From NCBI GenBank assembly GCA_963816185.1, contig CAWFJJ010000024.1:448001-512000 (forward strand): DNA of 64,000 bases. The letters run 5' to 3'. A program made the position numbers and the translations under genes. Shown piece by piece: positions 62,563-64,000 of this stretch. Below the pieces are notes generated by a model, which was not told the origin of the DNA, did no database searches, and was given only the letters and a program-made list of their open reading frames with translations. The first letter of the stretch is position 1, and each line of letters opens with the position of its first letter. The stretch comes from Thermoanaerobaculia bacterium. GTDB lineage: Bacteria > Acidobacteriota > Thermoanaerobaculia > UBA5066.

Positions 62563-64000
62563 ATGCGACCGCTCGGCACCTATCGCCTCGCCCCGGCGCT
62601 TCCCGACCGGCTCGCGGCGCTCTCGGCGCTCGCGCGGGACCTGCGCGCGACGTGGCGGGAGGACGTGCGCTCTCTCTTTCGGGATCTCGACCCGGACGAG
62701 TGGGAGCGAAACGGGAACCCGGTCGTGGTCCTCAGGACCACCGACCCGGCGCGTCTCGCGGCCCTTGCCGCGGACGAGCAATACGTCGGGCGCGTCCTCG
62801 CGGTCGCGCAGGCCCTTGAGGCCGAGGACGCGGCGCCCCCGCGGCACGCGGTTGCCGCCGCCCTCGTATCTTCCGGCGATCGCATCGCGTATTTCTGCGC
62901 GGAATTCGGCCTGACGGAGATCCTGCCGATCTATTCGGGCGGGCTCGGCGTCCTCGCAGGAGATCAGCTCAAGTCCGCGAGTGATCTCGGGGTCCCGCTC
63001 GTCGGAGTCGGACTCTTCTACCGCGAGGGCTTCTTCCGCCAGACGCTGACGGCGGACGCGCGGCAGAAGGAGTCTTACCCGATCGCCGATCCGCACGACC
63101 TTCCGGCCGACATCCTTCCGACGCCCGCCGGCGTCGCGCCGATCGTGAGCGTGCGCGTGGGCGAGCGGGACGTGCATCTCCTCGTTCGACGGGTGCGGGT
63201 CGGGCGCACGACGCTCCTCCTTCTCGATTCACACCTCCCGGTGAATCGGCCGAGCGACCGCGAGATCACGAACCGCCTCTACGGCGGCGACAAGGAGATG
63301 CGGATTCGCCAGGAGCTGGCGCTCGGCGTCGGCGGCATGCGCGCGCTCGATCTCGCCGGCCTCAGGCCCACGGTGCGCCACGCGAACGAGGGGCACGCCG
63401 CGTTTCTCGGGCTCGAGCGGATCCGCCAGCTCCGCGCCGAAAGGGGCCTGTCGTTTGCCGAGGCACGCGAGATCGCGATGGCGGGAAACTGCTTCACGAC
63501 CCACACGCCCGTAGCGGCGGGGATCGACCTCTTCCCGTACGAGCTCATGAAGAAGTACTTCGTCGACAAGGTCGACGCGTACGGCATTTCGTTCGAGGAG
63601 CTCCTCGGGCTCGGACGGCAGGTTCCCGAGGACCCGCACGAGTTCTTCTCGATGGCCGTGCTCGGGTTGCGCCTCTCGGCCCACGTGAACGGCGTCTCGA
63701 AGCTGCACGCGCACGTGTCGCGCCGCCTGTGGCGCGGCGTCTTTCCGGAGGCGCCGCTCTCCGAGATCCCGATCGCCGCCGTGACGAACGGGGTTCATCC
63801 GGACACGTGGACCGCGCCTGCGATTGCCGCCCTCGGCCCGCGCCGCGAGGAAGGCGTGGACCGCGGAGAGCTGTGGCGCCGGCACGAGGCTCTCCGCGCG
63901 GCGCTCGTCCAGGGCGTTCGCTCGCGAACGGCAGCCGCACGCCAGCGCCGCGGCGCCCCGGAGGTCGAGATCGAGGCCGCATGGCGGCTCCTCGATCCGT
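62563..64000 (+). CDS. glgP: Alpha-glucan (glycogen) phosphorylase, 5' part; runs off the window
   Basis: LP..L..L..LA.DL..TW, AYFCAEFGL.E.LPIYSGGLGVLAGD.LKSASDLG, LYGGD...RI.QE, NEGHAAF, FTTHTPV.AG.D, NGVSKLH, TNGVH. Confidence 0.95.
   Translation, partial: MRPLGTYRLAPALPDRLAALSALARDLRATWREDVRSLFRDLDPDEWERNGNPVVVLRTTDPARLAALAADEQYVGRVLAVAQALEAEDAAPPRHAVAAALVSSGDRIAYFCAEFGLTEILPIYSGGLGVLAGDQLKSASDLGVPLVGVGLFYREGFFRQTLTADARQKESYPIADPHDLPADILPTPAGVAPIVSVRVGERDVHLLVRRVRVGRTTLLLLDSHLPVNRPSDREITNRLYGGDKEMRIRQELALGVGGMRALDLAGLRPTVRHANEGHAAFLGLERIRQLRAERGLSFAEAREIAMAGNCFTTHTPVAAGIDLFPYELMKKYFVDKVDAYGISFEELLGLGRQVPEDPHEFFSMAVLGLRLSAHVNGVSKLHAHVSRRLWRGVFPEAPLSEIPIAAVTNGVHPDTWTAPAIAALGPRREEGVDRGELWRRHEALRAALVQGVRSRTAAARQRRGAPEVEIEAAWRLLDP

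Overview
High-GC (roughly 69-70% by eye) bacterial chromosome segment. Gene content suggests Acidobacteriota, possibly class Thermoanaerobaculia; this is inferred from the secreted-protein type at 45.9-46.7 kb and the Myxococcota-like motility regulators. Most of the window is housekeeping: rarA end, guaB, secA, hrcA-grpE-dnaK-dnaJ-prmA-rsmE, ilvE, alaS, pgsA, trmB, icd, queG, ffh-rpsP-rimM-trmD-rplS-rnhB and the start of glgP. It also carries a Tat-exported PaoABC/YagTSR-type molybdoenzyme operon, a surface-glycan cluster, ABC/TolC genes and type IV pilus/polarity genes (an orphan extended MglA, PilT, an SgmX-like TPR protein). I saw no rRNA, tRNA, CRISPR array, transposase or phage gene. The most unusual signals sit beneath the gene layer. 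(1) The heptamer CTTAGAA/TTCTAAG occurs 18 times, sits in low-GC patches inside and between genes, and repeatedly forms convergent pairs 109-152 bp apart. (2) Palindromic REP/RPE-like hairpin repeats occur both between genes and inserted in frame in rsmE and a mocA-like gene, usually near those heptamers. (3) Three genes can only start at a non-canonical codon, probably CTG. (4) Many genes have a -10-like hexamer directly before the start codon, suggesting leaderless mRNAs. Seven genes carry frameshifts that are probably sequencing or assembly indels.
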